From Cellulomonadaceae bacterium (lineage in GTDB: Bacteria; Actinomycetota; Actinomycetes; Actinomycetales; Cellulomonadaceae): 64,000 bases of DNA. Position numbers and translations under genes: made by a program. Each line of letters starts with the position of its first letter. Within the stretch, counting starts at the first letter, position 1. The notes beneath the pieces are model-generated. The model saw only the letters and a list, made by a program, of their open reading frames with translations. It was not told the origin of the DNA and did no database searches. Location of the stretch: positions 56,737 to 120,736 of the forward strand of contig JAVBNE010000006.1 of the NCBI GenBank assembly GCA_031551755.1, given 5' to 3'. Shown here piece after piece: positions 28,858 through 37,718 of the stretch.

Positions 28858-30975
28858 TCAGGGTAAGTCGCTGAGGCGCCTCAACGCAGCCGTAGCGACG
28901 TCTCGGTCGGTAGTCGGCCAGAACGGTGGCATCGATCGGAGCAGAAAGCTGCCGTAGCGGGCCGTGACCAGACGTGGGTCCAGAACCGCCACGACCCCAC
29001 GGTCGGTCGTGGTCCGAATCAACCGACCGGCCCCCTGAGCCATGAGCAGCGCGGCATGCGTGACGTAGATCTGCATGAACCCGCTGCCACCGCTCTGATC
29101 GGCCACCCGGGATAGAGCGGACTTCACCGGATCGTCGGGGCGCGGAAAGGGTATCCGGTCGATGATGACCAGGCTGCAGGTCGGCCCCGGCACATCCACC
29201 CCCTGCCAGAGCGACAGTGTGCCAAAGAGACAGGCTCGCTCGTCCTGGGCAAACTCCCGGACCAGGCTCGGCAGCTGGTCCTCCCCCTGGCAGAGAATCG
29301 GTACGGTCAATCGTTCACGCATAGCCGCTGCTGCGGCAACGGCGGCGCGACGAGACGAGAACAGGCCGAGCGTTCGGCCACCCGCAGCCTCGATCAGGGC
29401 GGCGATCTCCTCGTCCTGGACTCCTGGGCGTGTTTCCCGTCCTGGCGTCGGTAGATGTTTGGCCACGTAGCAGATGCCCTGCTTCGCGAAGTCGAACGGG
29501 CTTCCGACGTCCAACCCACGCCAAGAAGGCGCGTCCCCCATGGCATCGGTTGGCGACCCCGCGTCACCGGTATCCGCCGACTCTCCACGCCGCGGTCCCA
29601 GTCCGAGCGTGCGGGCGACCGGCTCGAAACTGCCGCCCAAGCTGAGCGTCGCCGAGGTGAAGATGCCGGTCCGCTCGCTGAGCAGATGGGTCCGGATGAG
29701 CCCGGCCACCCCCAGCGGAGCAGCATGGAGCTTCGTCGCCCCGTCGCGGTCCCCGGCCCACACACCCTCTCCGGGACGCGAACACCAGACAATGTCATGG
29801 CCAGTCGGGTCGCCCGCCATCCGTTCCGCCACTTCGAAGACGAGAAGCACCGCAGATTGAGCCATCTTGAGTCCGGGGTCCGGCACCTCGGGTTTGGTCA
29901 CGCCGGTGGCCGGTTTCAGGGCAGAGAGCACTCCCCGGGCCGCATCCCGCACGGATTCCAGCGCAATCCGCACCCCCTCCGGGAGCCCCGCGGGGAAGGA
30001 CTGGGCAGGCAGCCCGGCCACGGCTGTCCCGAACGCCGCCGAGGCGTTACCCAACTCGTCTGTCGACACTGAAGCATGGCGGCGGGCGAGGCGAGCGGCC
30101 GCTTCGATGATCGGCACCGAAAGGTCTGCGGTGGCGGCCGCGGTCACCCGGTCACTGAGTTCATGCGCCTCGTCGACCACTAGGACGTGGTGGTCAGGCA
30201 AGACACCGGGCGATCCGCTCGCGGCAATACCCAACATGGCGTGATTGGTGACAACGACGTCCGCCACCCGCGCGGCCGCGCGGGCACGCTCGGGAAAGCA
30301 CTCGCCGATCATCGGGCATTTGGGGCCAAGGCATTCGAGGGACGTGACCGACACCTGCCGCCAGGCCCGGTCGCTGACGCCGGGCACCAGGTCGTCACGG
30401 TCGCCCGTGGTCGTCTCGCCCGCCCACTCGCGCAACCGCACCACCTGTTTGCCGAGGTCCGCGGCCCCGGTCTTGGCTGAGCCCCCCGCCTGATCGGGGT
30501 GATCCGCCGCCGACACCGGCTCCACAGGCAGGTCGAAGAGCGTCGACTCATCAGGCGGATACCCGCCCGCGATCTTGTGCAGGCATATGTAGTTGTGGAA
30601 GCCCTTGAGCAGGGCGACACGAGGCGGCCGCGGCAGCCGGTCCTCGACCGCGCTGGCAACGAGCGGCAGGTCCCGCGTCATCACCTGCCGCTGCAGGGCG
30701 AGGGTGGCAGTGGAGACGATGACCCGTTCATCGGTGGTCACCGCGTGCCGTAGTGCCGGCACCAAGTAGCCGAGCGACTTACCCGTACCCGTACCCGCCT
30801 GGACCAGCAGGTGTTCGCCTGAGTCGATGGCCTCGTCCGTGGCCACCGCCATCGCATGCTGGCCCTCGCGTCGAGCGCCGCCCAGCCGCTCGACCGACAG
30901 GTCCAGGAGGACCCCGGTGGCCGGAGTGTCGGAGGTCGCCGGGGCCGGGGCGTCGGCGGCGGTCTCAGACGGCAT
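28858..30975 (-). CDS. DinG/Rad3-like ATP-dependent DNA helicase
   Basis: 705 aa. Walker A is VQAGTGTGKSLGYLVPAL and the DEAH-type box is VVDEAHEL, with helicase C-terminal motifs. It lies 18 nt after hflX. Confidence 0.8.
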   Translation of the reverse strand: MPSETAADAPAPATSDTPATGVLLDLSVERLGGARREGQHAMAVATDEAIDSGEHLLVQAGTGTGKSLGYLVPALRHAVTTDERVIVSTATLALQRQVMTRDLPLVASAVEDRLPRPPRVALLKGFHNYICLHKIAGGYPPDESTLFDLPVEPVSAADHPDQAGGSAKTGAADLGKQVVRLREWAGETTTGDRDDLVPGVSDRAWRQVSVTSLECLGPKCPMIGECFPERARAAARVADVVVTNHAMLGIAASGSPGVLPDHHVLVVDEAHELSDRVTAAATADLSVPIIEAAARLARRHASVSTDELGNASAAFGTAVAGLPAQSFPAGLPEGVRIALESVRDAARGVLSALKPATGVTKPEVPDPGLKMAQSAVLLVFEVAERMAGDPTGHDIVWCSRPGEGVWAGDRDGATKLHAAPLGVAGLIRTHLLSERTGIFTSATLSLGGSFEPVARTLGLGPRRGESADTGDAGSPTDAMGDAPSWRGLDVGSPFDFAKQGICYVAKHLPTPGRETRPGVQDEEIAALIEAAGGRTLGLFSSRRAAVAAAAAMRERLTVPILCQGEDQLPSLVREFAQDERACLFGTLSLWQGVDVPGPTCSLVIIDRIPFPRPDDPVKSALSRVADQSGGSGFMQIYVTHAALLMAQGAGRLIRTTTDRGVVAVLDPRLVTARYGSFLLRSMPPFWPTTDRDVATAALRRLSDLP

Positions 30976-30993
30976 CCGGAGAGTCTACGGCGG

Positions 30994-32559
30994 CTAGCCT
31001 GCGACCTTGGCCGCGGCCGCGAGATCGGCGGCGAGTTCCTCGTCGACTCGCCCGCACAGCCGCGTGCCCTCGCCCGTGTGCTCCTCGTGATCGATCTCGC
31101 CATGGACATGAACCCGGTGTACGAGGTCGCCCCTGGAGTACGGCACCACCACGTCGATCTCGACCCTGGGCCGTGGGAGCTGGTCGGCGATCAGCGACCG
31201 TAGCTCGTCGATCCCTGCTCCGGTGTGCGCCGAGACGACCACCGCCCCGGGCTCCCGACGGCGGACCCGGCCGATCACATCGGGATCGGCGGCATCGGCC
31301 TTGTTGAGCACGATGACCTCCGGCACGTCGAGACCACCCGGGATATCGGCTAGCACATGGCGGACCGCCGCGATCTGGCCCTCCGGGTCCGGGTGGGAGA
31401 TATCGACCACGTGCAGGAGCAGATCGGCATCGGCGACCTCCTCCAAGGTGGACCGGAAAGCCTCCACCAGTTGATGCGGGAGCGCCCGGACGAAACCCAC
31501 CGTATCGGCCAGCGTGTACACCCGGCCGTCGTCGGTCTGCGTGCGCCGCACGGTCGGATCGAGGGTCGCGAAGAGCGCGTTCTCCACGAGCACGCCCGCC
31601 CCGGTGATCGCATTCAGCAGACTCGACTTACCGGCGTTGGTGTAGCCCGCAATGGCCACTGAGGGCACCGAGTTCCGCCGTCTCGACGCCCGCCGAGTGG
31701 CACGAGAAGGCGCCATCGCGGCGATCTCGCGCCGGAGCTTGGCCATCCGGTCCCGGATGCGCCGCCGGTCCAGCTCGATCTTCGTCTCACCCGGGCCACG
31801 CGACCCCATCCCGGCACCGGCACCACCGACCTGACCACCGGCCTGCCGCGACATCGACTCGCCCCACCCGCGCAAGCGCGGGAGCAGGTACTCGAGCTGA
31901 GCCAACTCGACCTGGGCCTTGCCCTCCCGGGACTTCGCGTGCTGAGCGAAGATGTCGAGAATTAGGGCCGTTCGGTCGACCACCTTGACCTGCACGATGT
32001 CTTCCAGGGCACGCCGCTGGGAGGGGGCCAGGTCTCCGTCGACCACGACGGTGTCGGCCCCGCAGGCCGCGACCACATCAGCGAGCTCCACCGCCTTACC
32101 GGAACCGAGATACGTCCCGGGGTCGGGCTTGAGCCGTCGCTGGATCACGCCGTCCAGCACCTGGGAACCCGCCGTTTCGGCGAGCGCCGCGAGTTCCCGC
32201 AAGGAGATCTCGGCCTCCTCCGCTGTAGACGGCGCGCCGTCGGCCCGGGATTCTCCGGGCGTCCACATGCCCACCAGCACCACCCGTTCCAGGCGCAGCT
32301 GGCGATACTCGACCTCGGAGACGTCTTGAAGTTCGGTCGACAGACCCGCGACACGGCGCAGCGCCGATCGCTCGTCGAGTTCGAGTTGGTCGCCGTCGTG
32401 GAGGGCGTGCACCGTCTGTCCCTCGGCGCGGGCCGTCCCGGCCCGGGCGAGTACACGTGCGACGACGTCGTCGGCCAGCGCGGCCGCTGCAGCCGCGGAC
32501 AGCTCCTCCGCCGGGGCACCGGACCCCTCATTCGCCGGCTTGGGAGTAGTCGAAGCCAT
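30994..32559 (-). CDS. hflX: GTPase HflX
   Basis: HflX N-terminal domain (ILDIFAQHAKSREGKAQVELAQLEY) plus a G domain (GYTNAGKSSLLN, DTVGF, NKAD). The start is chosen at ATG 32559. Confidence 0.9.
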   Translation of the reverse strand: MASTTPKPANEGSGAPAEELSAAAAAALADDVVARVLARAGTARAEGQTVHALHDGDQLELDERSALRRVAGLSTELQDVSEVEYRQLRLERVVLVGMWTPGESRADGAPSTAEEAEISLRELAALAETAGSQVLDGVIQRRLKPDPGTYLGSGKAVELADVVAACGADTVVVDGDLAPSQRRALEDIVQVKVVDRTALILDIFAQHAKSREGKAQVELAQLEYLLPRLRGWGESMSRQAGGQVGGAGAGMGSRGPGETKIELDRRRIRDRMAKLRREIAAMAPSRATRRASRRRNSVPSVAIAGYTNAGKSSLLNAITGAGVLVENALFATLDPTVRRTQTDDGRVYTLADTVGFVRALPHQLVEAFRSTLEEVADADLLLHVVDISHPDPEGQIAAVRHVLADIPGGLDVPEVIVLNKADAADPDVIGRVRRREPGAVVVSAHTGAGIDELRSLIADQLPRPRVEIDVVVPYSRGDLVHRVHVHGEIDHEEHTGEGTRLCGRVDEELAADLAAAAKVAG

Positions 32560-32680
32560 GGGCCGCCTTTCTGCCTGTCTGTCGTCACACACCGCCGGTC
32601 GTCCGGCGGTTCGACACCAGCCTGACACGACCGATCGCGCCGGGGCCAGCCCTTTGCGGCCGCTGGGTAGGATCGCCGAC

Positions 32681-33316
32681 GTGAGCGACTCCCCCGACCA
32701 CTACTTCACGTCCAAGGATCCTCAGGACCCGAGCGTGGATCGTGGCACCGTCCAGGTTCGCATCGCGGGCCGGGACGTCGAGGTGGAGACCGCCGCCGGG
32801 GTGTTCTCCCGCGGCCGGCTCGACCTGGGAACCCAGGTGTTGCTGCGGAAGGTGCCACAAATCCCGGCCTCCGCTCGCAACGTCCTCGATCTGGGTTGCG
32901 GCTGGGGGCCGATAGCCCTGACCATGGCGAGCCAATCACCGCAATCGACCGTCTGGGCGGTGGACGTCAACGAGCTGGCCCTCGATCTGACCCGGCGCAA
33001 CAGTGCGCGGCTGGGGCTCAGCAAGATCGAGGCCCGGCTGCCGGAGGATGTACCGGATGACGTGCGCTTCGACGCACTGTGGTCGAACCCACCCGTCCGG
33101 ATCGGGCGTACCGCGATGGACGTGATGCTGCTGCACTGGCTGCCGAGGCTCGCCCCGGGGGCGAGCGCCCATCTCGTCGTCCAGCACAATCTCGGCTCGG
33201 ACTCCCTGCTGCGCTGGCTGGGGAGCCGCCTGCCCACCGAGATGCCCGGGGTGACGGTCGGCAAGCTGGGCAGCGCCAAAGGCTACCGGGTACTCGTGGT
33301 GACAGCGGCGTCCTGA
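32681..33316 (+). CDS. class I SAM-dependent methyltransferase (RsmC/RlmG small-domain type)
   Basis: VLDLGCGWGPIAL SAM motif and the catalytic NPP motif (WSNPPVRIG). GTG 32681 is chosen as the start. The 3' end overlaps the convergent dapF by 34 nt. Confidence 0.65.
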   Translation: MSDSPDHYFTSKDPQDPSVDRGTVQVRIAGRDVEVETAAGVFSRGRLDLGTQVLLRKVPQIPASARNVLDLGCGWGPIALTMASQSPQSTVWAVDVNELALDLTRRNSARLGLSKIEARLPEDVPDDVRFDALWSNPPVRIGRTAMDVMLLHWLPRLAPGASAHLVVQHNLGSDSLLRWLGSRLPTEMPGVTVGKLGSAKGYRVLVVTAAS

Positions 33317-34293
33317 TCGGCCGGGGAGCCGGAGCCGCCGGCCGATCCGTGCGCCCGCGGCGCCCGTTCGACCACCCGAAACCCGTCTTCGGTCAGCTCA
33401 CATTCCCCGCTGAACACCAACTCGGCAGGACCGGACAACTCCACGCGTGGGCCGAAGACTTGCACTCGCAACGCGCCTCCAGGCACCTCCACATGCCAAG
33501 CGTCGGGAGCACCGTCGCCCCGCCATGCCCGGACGGCGAGCGCCGCCGCGCAGGCACCCGTGCCGCAGGAAGCTGTCTCCCCCACGCCGCGTTCGTGCAC
33601 CCGCATCCGCACCCGTCCCCAATGTCGGCCGTCGGTATCCACCGAGTCCGCCAACGGCACGACCGCCTCAACATTCGTACCCTCGGCCGGGACCGGCTCC
33701 ACGACGGGTGCTTGCCCCATGTCGACTGCGGCGAGCTCGTCCTCCGAGGACAGCACAAAGACGGTGTGCGGGTTGCCCATGTCGACCGACAGCGCCGGGC
33801 GCGGCACACCCTGGCGACCGGTCACGGCGACCATCGCGTCGTACCCCGCGGCCAGTGCCTGTTCACCACCCGGCAGTGACCAGTGACCCATGTCCACGGC
33901 GAACCAACCGTCTGGTTCCCGGCGCACTCGTTTGACGCCGGCCCGGGTGCCGAAAGCGACCGTCGTGTCACCGGCGAAGCTGACCAGCCCGGCGCGCTCC
34001 GCGAAGGCCGCGAAGACCCGTACCCCGTTCCCGCACATCTGCGCGACGGAACCGTCGGCATTGCGGTAGTCCATGAACCAGATGGCGTGCGGGTCCTCCG
34101 CGAGGATCATGTCGCTCTCCGCGACATCGGCCGTGGGCACCAACCGGATGACCCCGTCACCTCCGATGCCACCGCGGCGATCGGCCAATGCGCGCACCAG
34201 GACCGGGGTGAGGTCGAGTTCATTGCGGGTATCGGAGATCAGCACGAAATCGTTCTTCGTCCCGTGACCTTTGGTGAACCGCATCGGTGTCAT
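33283..34293 (-). CDS. dapF: diaminopimelate epimerase
   Basis: FTKGHGTKNDFVL, with the catalytic cysteines in MCGNGVR and SCGTGACAAA. It has an ATGA overlap with the miaA stop. Confidence 0.88.
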   Translation of the reverse strand: MTPMRFTKGHGTKNDFVLISDTRNELDLTPVLVRALADRRGGIGGDGVIRLVPTADVAESDMILAEDPHAIWFMDYRNADGSVAQMCGNGVRVFAAFAERAGLVSFAGDTTVAFGTRAGVKRVRREPDGWFAVDMGHWSLPGGEQALAAGYDAMVAVTGRQGVPRPALSVDMGNPHTVFVLSSEDELAAVDMGQAPVVEPVPAEGTNVEAVVPLADSVDTDGRHWGRVRMRVHERGVGETASCGTGACAAALAVRAWRGDGAPDAWHVEVPGGALRVQVFGPRVELSGPAELVFSGECELTEDGFRVVERAPRAHGSAGGSGSPADQDAAVTTSTR

Positions 34294-35258
34294 GAACCCA
34301 GACTACGGCGGACCGAAGCGGTCCCTTCCGGGTCGGGGTCCACGTCGGTGACCGCGGCCAGCGCATCGGCCACCAAGGTGGGCGACCGGGAATCGAGCCA
34401 TCGGATACGTGGATCACGACCGAACCACCCCATCTGCTTACGCGCCAGTCGCCGCGTGTTGGTGATGATGGCGGCCTTCGCTTCGTCGGCGCTGAGCTCA
34501 CCCGCGAAATGCGCCAGGATCTCCACGTAGCCGACGGCCCGGCGCGCGGTACGGCCCATGCCGCGCGCGGCCAGTGCACGGACTTCCTCAACGAGTCCCT
34601 GCGCCCACATGCTCTCCACCCGCTGCGCAACCCGAGCGTCGAGGGCGGCACGGTCGCAGTCGAGGCCGAGTTGGACGGTGGACCGGACGTACTTCATTTG
34701 CGGCAAGGTGGCGCTGAAAGGCCGGCCGGTGATCTCGATGACCTCCAAGGCCCGGACGATCCGGCGGGTATTGGCGGAGTCAATGCGCTCGGCAGCCGGC
34801 GGGTCGAGCTGGGCGAGGCGGGCATGCAGCACACCGGAACCCACCTGGTGTGCCTCGGCTTCGAGCGCCGCCCGCACGGTCGGTTCGGTACCGGGGAACT
34901 CCATCTCGTCGAGGAGGGCGCGGACGTACAGTCCCGATCCACCGACTACCACTGCCCGTCGCCCCCGGGCCGCGATCGCGGACAGGTCGTTGCGGGCGGA
35001 CTCCTGATACCGCGCCACGGATGCGTCCTGGGCGGGATCCAGGACGTCGATCTGATGATGGATCACCCCGTGGCGCGCCTCCAGATCCAGCTTCGCGGTG
35101 CCGATGTCCATCCCGCGGTAGAGCTGGAATGCGTCGGCATTGACGACCTCGGCCGGGCCGGGCATCTCCCCGGTGAGCACCTGGGCCAGGGCCACGGCGA
35201 GATCGGATTTCCCGGTCGCAGTCGGACCCACAATGGCGATCACTGGAAGGGTGTGCAC
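34290..35258 (-). CDS. miaA: tRNA dimethylallyltransferase
   Basis: IAIVGPTATGKSDLAV P-loop, HHQIDV, and RRLARKQMGWF. Confidence 0.9.
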   Translation of the reverse strand: MHTLPVIAIVGPTATGKSDLAVALAQVLTGEMPGPAEVVNADAFQLYRGMDIGTAKLDLEARHGVIHHQIDVLDPAQDASVARYQESARNDLSAIAARGRRAVVVGGSGLYVRALLDEMEFPGTEPTVRAALEAEAHQVGSGVLHARLAQLDPPAAERIDSANTRRIVRALEVIEITGRPFSATLPQMKYVRSTVQLGLDCDRAALDARVAQRVESMWAQGLVEEVRALAARGMGRTARRAVGYVEILAHFAGELSADEAKAAIITNTRRLARKQMGWFGRDPRIRWLDSRSPTLVADALAAVTDVDPDPEGTASVRRSLGS

Positions 35259-35275
35259 GCGACGAAGGTACCGGG

Positions 35276-35297
35276 TGTCGGCAGCCTCAACTAGGCT
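35276..35297 (+). promoter_or_regulatory. RecA-NDp / PafBC-type promoter-like motif
   Basis: TGTCGGCA-gcctcaac-TAGGCT fits tTGTCRgtg-N8-TAnnnT in the strongly conserved positions. It lies in the 70-nt miaA/ybjN-like spacer, about 32 nt upstream of ATG 35329. Confidence 0.4.
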
Positions 35298-35328
35298 GGC
35301 GGTTCCGCTTCATTCAACCGTAGGAGCC

Positions 35329-35844
35329 ATGATGGGATTCTTCGCCAAGCCTGAGGGTGCGCCGCTCACCAGCAACGCACCCCTGTCCAGAGACCGGATC
35401 GAGGCTTGCCTCAAGGCCCATGAATGGCACTACTCGATCGACTCCGACGGCGACATCGGCGGGATCTGGGACAATAAGATCTTCTACTTCTTCCTCATGG
35501 GCGAGAAGAAGGAAATCCTCCAGGTACGGGGTCGCTGGCACCGATCGTTGCCCGCCACTGCCGAGGCACAGATCATCGCAGCCACGAACGAGTTCAACCG
35601 CGACAAGATCTGGCCGAAGGCCTACACGCGCATCGAGGACGACAAACTCGGTGTCTACAGCGAGGTCTCCACAGACCTGGAGTACGGAGTCGCCGACGAC
35701 CAGCTCAGCCAGTTGATCGAGTGCGGCCTCTTCACCGGGCTGCGGTTCTTCGAGTTCCTCGACGAGAAGTTCCCGGAGACGGGCCTTGCGAGCGACCCCG
35801 CCACCGCGATCCCGCCGACCTCGCCCACCGGTCCAGCTTGGTGA
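35329..35844 (+). CDS. YbjN-like (type III secretion chaperone-fold) protein, paralogue 1
   Basis: 171 aa with an AGGAG RBS. It shares DSDGDIGGIW, EILQVRGRW, DKIWPKAYTR and DLEYGVADDQL blocks with the ORFs at 39900 and 40505. The family name comes from pattern memory. Confidence 0.55.
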   Translation: MMGFFAKPEGAPLTSNAPLSRDRIEACLKAHEWHYSIDSDGDIGGIWDNKIFYFFLMGEKKEILQVRGRWHRSLPATAEAQIIAATNEFNRDKIWPKAYTRIEDDKLGVYSEVSTDLEYGVADDQLSQLIECGLFTGLRFFEFLDEKFPETGLASDPATAIPPTSPTGPAW

Positions 35845-37715
35845 CCGACTCTACGGCCAGCTCCGACACCTTCCAGGTCGATCTTCGGGGCATCGTCGAT
35901 CTCCTCGCGCGGCACCTCTACTCCAGCCCGCGGGTCTATCTTCGCGAACTCCTGCAGAACGGCGTTGACGCGATCACCGCCCGCCGGGAGCTGGACAACG
36001 GGCCGGAGCACATCTTGCTCCGGCCGCTCACGGACGGCGGCCTGGAGGTCATCGACACCGGGGTGGGCCTGACGGTCACAGAGGCCCGCGAGTTGCTGGC
36101 CACGATCGGCCGCAGCTCGAAACGCGATGTCGAGTTTGGTCAGGGGCGCGAGGAGTTCCTCGGCCAGTTCGGCATCGGACTGCTGTCGGCGTTCATGGTG
36201 GCGGACGAGATCGAGTTGTTCTCCCGGTCGGCCCGGGTGACGGCCGAGGGCGCGCCGGAACCGATCCGTTGGCTGGGCTATGCCGACGGACGGTACGCGC
36301 TGACCACGTTGCCCGCGGACGACCCCGCCCTCGCGGGCCTGGACGGCCCCGGCTCGCTTGTGCGACTGCGGCCTCGCCGCGATCTGGAACACTGGCTCGC
36401 CCCCGAGACGGTCACGGCCCTCGCGCAGGATTTCGGCGGGCTACTGCCGGTCGATGTGTCGATCGAGGTCGCACTCGAGGACGGCAGGAAGCGCCGCCGG
36501 CGACTCTCCGTCGAGGAGTTGCCCTGGCGACGGGAGTACCCGGACGCCGAAGCACGCACTGTCGCGCTCACCGGCTACGCCGAGCGGACTCTCGGCATGA
36601 CTCCATTGGCTCATATCGATGTGAATCTGCCCCTCGCCGGACTGACCGGGGTCGCCTTCGTCCTGCCGGCCGCGGTGGCACCCACGACGACCGCACAACA
36701 TCGCGTTTACCTCAAACGGATGCTCCTGGGCACCCAAGTGACGGACCTTCTGCCACCTTGGGCATTCTTCGTCCGGTGTGTCATCGACACTTCCACCTTG
36801 CGCCCTACCGCCGCACGTGAAGGTCTCTACGAGGACGAGATCTTGCTGGCGACTCGCGATGCGCTCGGCGCACGCATCCGGCAATGGGTCCTGGACACGG
36901 TCAATGCGGACGGGTCGCTGGGTCGGCGGTTCGTAGCGACCCATCACTTGGCGCTCCGTGCGCTCGCACTCTTCGACGACGAACTTCTCGAACTCGCGGC
37001 CAGAGTGCTGCCGTATGAGACGACGGTCGGAGCACGCACCCTCACGGAGCTCCACGAGGCCTCCGATCGCCTGCTGTACACGACCACCGTGGAGGAGTAC
37101 CGGCGCATCGCCCCGGTCGCCGCGGCCCAAGGGCTGCCGGTGATCAACGGCGGATACGTCTACGACGCCGAGCTCCTCGAACGGGTCGCCCTACGGCACC
37201 CCGATTGGCGCCTGGTACCGGTCACAGCGGACGATGTCGCACAGGTCCTGACCGTCGTGGAACCGATGCGGGAGTTGGAGATCACCGACGCAGTCACCGC
37301 GCTGAACGAAACACTGGAGCCGCAGGACTGTGATGTCGCGGTCCGCCGGTTTGAGCCGGACGGTCTCGCCGCGATCATTCTGCACGACCGTGACGGCGAC
37401 CATGCCCGGGCCGCCCAGGCGACAGCGGCAGCCGTCGACGACCTGTGGGGTGAGGTCCTGGCGGGCCTGACAGGTCCGCCCCGCCCGCGGCAGCTGGTGC
37501 TCAACGACGCCAATGAGACGGTCCGGGCCCTTCTTGCGGCAACCGACCCTCCGGTGCGCGACGCCGGCGTGCGGTCGCTCTACGTCACCGCGTTGCTCGC
37601 CTCAGGCCACCAGCTCCACGCTCCCGAGGCGGCGTTGATGAACAGTTCCCTCGCCACACTGCTCGAACGCGCACTCACCCGGCCCGACGCCGGCGATCAA
37701 TCCGAAAGGCCCTGA
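35841..37715 (+). CDS. divergent HSP90/HtpG-like GHKL ATPase
   Basis: Bergerat-fold motifs in HtpG order and context: LYSSPRVYLRELLQNGVDA (ExxxNxxD), DTGVGLT (DxGxG) and GQFGIGLLSAFMVADE (GxxGxG). 624 aa counted from GTG 35841, which overlaps the preceding stop (GTGA). Confidence 0.7.
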   Translation: MTDSTASSDTFQVDLRGIVDLLARHLYSSPRVYLRELLQNGVDAITARRELDNGPEHILLRPLTDGGLEVIDTGVGLTVTEARELLATIGRSSKRDVEFGQGREEFLGQFGIGLLSAFMVADEIELFSRSARVTAEGAPEPIRWLGYADGRYALTTLPADDPALAGLDGPGSLVRLRPRRDLEHWLAPETVTALAQDFGGLLPVDVSIEVALEDGRKRRRRLSVEELPWRREYPDAEARTVALTGYAERTLGMTPLAHIDVNLPLAGLTGVAFVLPAAVAPTTTAQHRVYLKRMLLGTQVTDLLPPWAFFVRCVIDTSTLRPTAAREGLYEDEILLATRDALGARIRQWVLDTVNADGSLGRRFVATHHLALRALALFDDELLELAARVLPYETTVGARTLTELHEASDRLLYTTTVEEYRRIAPVAAAQGLPVINGGYVYDAELLERVALRHPDWRLVPVTADDVAQVLTVVEPMRELEITDAVTALNETLEPQDCDVAVRRFEPDGLAAIILHDRDGDHARAAQATAAAVDDLWGEVLAGLTGPPRPRQLVLNDANETVRALLAATDPPVRDAGVRSLYVTALLASGHQLHAPEAALMNSSLATLLERALTRPDAGDQSERP

Positions 37716-37718
37716 CCG

